Assembly (NCBI RefSeq): GCF_003675855.1
Contig: NZ_RCIH01000002.1
Coordinates: forward strand, 233,654 to 257,653
Direction of reading: 5' to 3'
DNA length: 24,000 nucleotides
From: Halostella salina
Lineage (GTDB): Archaea; Halobacteriota; Halobacteria; Halobacteriales; Natronoarchaeaceae
The notes under the pieces were generated by a model. That model saw only the letters and a program-made list of their open reading frames with translations, ran no database searches and had not been told where the DNA came from. Every line of letters begins with the position of its first letter. The first letter of the stretch is position 1. Shown here piece after piece: positions 22,121-24,000 of the stretch. The translations under genes were made by a program, and so were the position numbers.

Positions 22121-23227
22121 GTGACCGAACTCGAAGCCCACTACGAGGCGGCGGTGGAGCGCCGCGGCTACGACCGCGTCGACGGGCCGTTCGGCGACCT
22201 GTCGGCGTCGTACTCCCGGGAGCGGTTCGCGTTCGCGGACGACGCCGACGCGCTCGCCGCGGCATCGCCCGAGGACACGCTCGTCTCGGTCGGTGTCTCG
22301 CCCACGGGCACGCCCCACGTCGGGACGCTGGGGCAGATCCGGACGGCGATCGACTGCCAGCGCGCCGGCTTCGACGTGCAGCTGGCGGTCGCCGACCAGG
22401 TGGTGTACAACGCCGGCGGGGGCGACGCCGCGACGCTCCGCGAGCGCGCCGAGCGGTACCGGCGGTTCGCCGCGGCCCGCGGCTTCGACGCCGACGACGG
22501 GCGGCTGTACGTCCAGAGCGAGGCCGACGACGTGTTGCGTGCGGCGTTCCGCCTCGGGCGGACCTACGACCCCGACGCGGGCGAGGAGTGGGACGAGTCG
22601 ACTGCGTTCGAGGAATCGCTCGCCACGGCGTACGACGACGCCGATGACCCCTCGGACGACCGGGACGATACCCCCGACGACTCGCCCGACGCGACCGATT
22701 TCTCCGGATCGCTGTGCGGCCTGCTCATGGCGGCCGACACCGTCGGGCCGCTGGCCGACGACTTCGGTCCCGAGAGGACGTACGACCGCGTCGTGCTGGC
22801 GCTCGGCGCGGACAACGTCGGGATGGCCCGGCGGTTCGACGCGGTACGCGAGCGGGCCGGCGTCGACGGACGCGTCGTCGGCCTGTTCTCCCGGCTCGTC
22901 CCCGGCGTCGACGGGACCCCGAAGATGTCGAAGGGGATCGACGGGTCTGGCATCCACCTCGGCATGTCTCCGGACCGGATCCGCGAGCGCGTCACCGATC
23001 CGGTGCTGGACGCGGACCGCCCGTCCGAGTCGGTCGTCTTCGAGATGCTGCGGCTGGTGCCGCCCGGCGACGGCGATGCTCCGGGCAATCTGCGCGACGC
23101 CTGCGCCGCGGGGGACGCCCGCTGGCGCGACGCCGTCGACGAGTGCGCCGACCACCTCGCGGCGGCCGCCGAGGCGTGGCAGGGGACTGCCAGCATCCGA
23201 CCCGACGGCCCCGAGGCGACCCGGTAA
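22121..23227 (+). CDS. class I aminoacyl-tRNA synthetase-like protein, divergent bacterial-type TrpRS paralogue
   Basis: 'SPTGTPHVGTLG' (HIGH region), 'AVADQ' (compare VDLHA), 'LYVQSE', 'LLMAAD', 'LGADN' (compare GEDQ) and 'KMSKG' (KMSKS) are collinear with bacterial TrpRS as I recall it. There is an acidic insert of about 45 aa. GTG start lies about 27 nt after 'ctttac' (22092-22097). Confidence 0.7.
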   Translation: MTELEAHYEAAVERRGYDRVDGPFGDLSASYSRERFAFADDADALAAASPEDTLVSVGVSPTGTPHVGTLGQIRTAIDCQRAGFDVQLAVADQVVYNAGGGDAATLRERAERYRRFAAARGFDADDGRLYVQSEADDVLRAAFRLGRTYDPDAGEEWDESTAFEESLATAYDDADDPSDDRDDTPDDSPDATDFSGSLCGLLMAADTVGPLADDFGPERTYDRVVLALGADNVGMARRFDAVRERAGVDGRVVGLFSRLVPGVDGTPKMSKGIDGSGIHLGMSPDRIRERVTDPVLDADRPSESVVFEMLRLVPPGDGDAPGNLRDACAAGDARWRDAVDECADHLAAAAEAWQGTASIRPDGPEATR

Positions 23228-23374
23228 CACCGACGTAACGCGGTGGCATCGCCGCCGCCGAACGCTCAAGTGGTTTCCGGACGAATCTGGTTGTGTAATG
23301 CAACTGGATGCAGACGCCGACCAGCACCGCGTATCGCTCGCAACCGACGCCTCCGCCGCTGAGGTGACGAACTG

Positions 23375-24000
23375 ATGGCCGCCACCAGCGTGCTCGTGAC
23401 GGGCGCGACGGGGAACCAGGGCGGCGCGGTCGTCGACCACCTGCTCGCCGCCGACGCCGAGTTCGACGTCCGCGGGCTGACCCGCGACGCGTCGAGCGAC
23501 GCGGCGTCCGCCCTCGAATCCCGCGGCGTCACGATGGTCGAGGGCGACCTGCACGACCCCGACTCGTTCCGAGCCCACGTCGCAGACGCCGACGCCGTCT
23601 TCGCGGTGACGAACTTCTGGACGCAGGGGTACGAGGCGCAGGTCGAGCAGGGCGAGAACCTCGCCGACGTGGCCGCCGACGAGGGCGTCGAGCAGTTCGT
23701 GTTCAGCGGCGTCGGGAGCCACGAGCGCGACACGGGCGTCCCGCACTTCGACTCGGCGTGGGACATCGAGCAGTACGCCCAGGACCTTGACCTGCCGCTG
23801 ACGGTACTCCAGCCGGTGTTCTTCTACCAGAACCTGGAGGCGTTCGCCGAGGACATCGTCGAGGATGGCACGGTCGCGCTCCCGCTTGCGGAGGGCGTCT
23901 CGCTCCAGATGGTCGACGTGGACGATGTCGGCCGCGCCGCCGCCGTCGCCCTCGAGCGCCCCGACGAGTTCGTCGGCGAGCGCTACGAACTGGCCGGCGA
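23375..24000 (+). CDS. NmrA-family NAD(P)-binding protein, 3' end beyond the window
   Basis: 'VLVTGATGNQGGAVVDHL' Rossmann motif, and an open frame to the window edge. Not in the ORF track because no stop falls inside the window. Confidence 0.85.
   Translation, partial: MAATSVLVTGATGNQGGAVVDHLLAADAEFDVRGLTRDASSDAASALESRGVTMVEGDLHDPDSFRAHVADADAVFAVTNFWTQGYEAQVEQGENLADVAADEGVEQFVFSGVGSHERDTGVPHFDSAWDIEQYAQDLDLPLTVLQPVFFYQNLEAFAEDIVEDGTVALPLAEGVSLQMVDVDDVGRAAAVALERPDEFVGERYELAG

Overview
This is a high-GC chromosomal segment with the hallmarks of a haloarchaeon (class Halobacteria): acidic proteins, G/C-dominated third codon positions, and TATA-like boxes about 27 nt upstream of start codons. 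It is centred on a main replication origin. Gene order resembles, from memory, the oriC1 neighbourhood of Haloferax volcanii: oapC-oapB-oapA on the minus strand, a 1.35 kb non-coding origin with ORB repeats and an AT-rich unwinding element, then orc1/cdc6, Sec11-type signal peptidase, PolD small subunit, GNAT, a KaiC-like protein, aspartate kinase, cold-shock protein, Rieske protein, tryptophanase, metallophosphoesterase and purO. After these come an HNH endonuclease, tRNA-Gln(CUG), an SDR, a GT-B glycosyltransferase with an odd basic tail, a degenerate bacterial-type TrpRS paralogue, and a partial NmrA-like gene. I saw no CRISPR array, rRNA, transposase or recognisable defence island. The most unusual thing I found is non-coding. 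A roughly 215-nt element occurs twice, directly after the stop codons of polD-small and lysC. Its first 104 nt are identical, and downstream differences are compensatory and preserve two hairpins, which argues for a structured RNA or DNA element family. Other items worth a second look are outlying ORB boxes bracketing the oap operon and orc1, palindromes on core promoters (polD-small, GNAT/KaiC-like, tnaA), a leaderless 29-aa membrane micro-ORF, two P-loop-less KaiC-like proteins, and the TrpRS-like/glycosyltransferase pair. All calls come from reading the sequence and from recalled family motifs. No searches were run.
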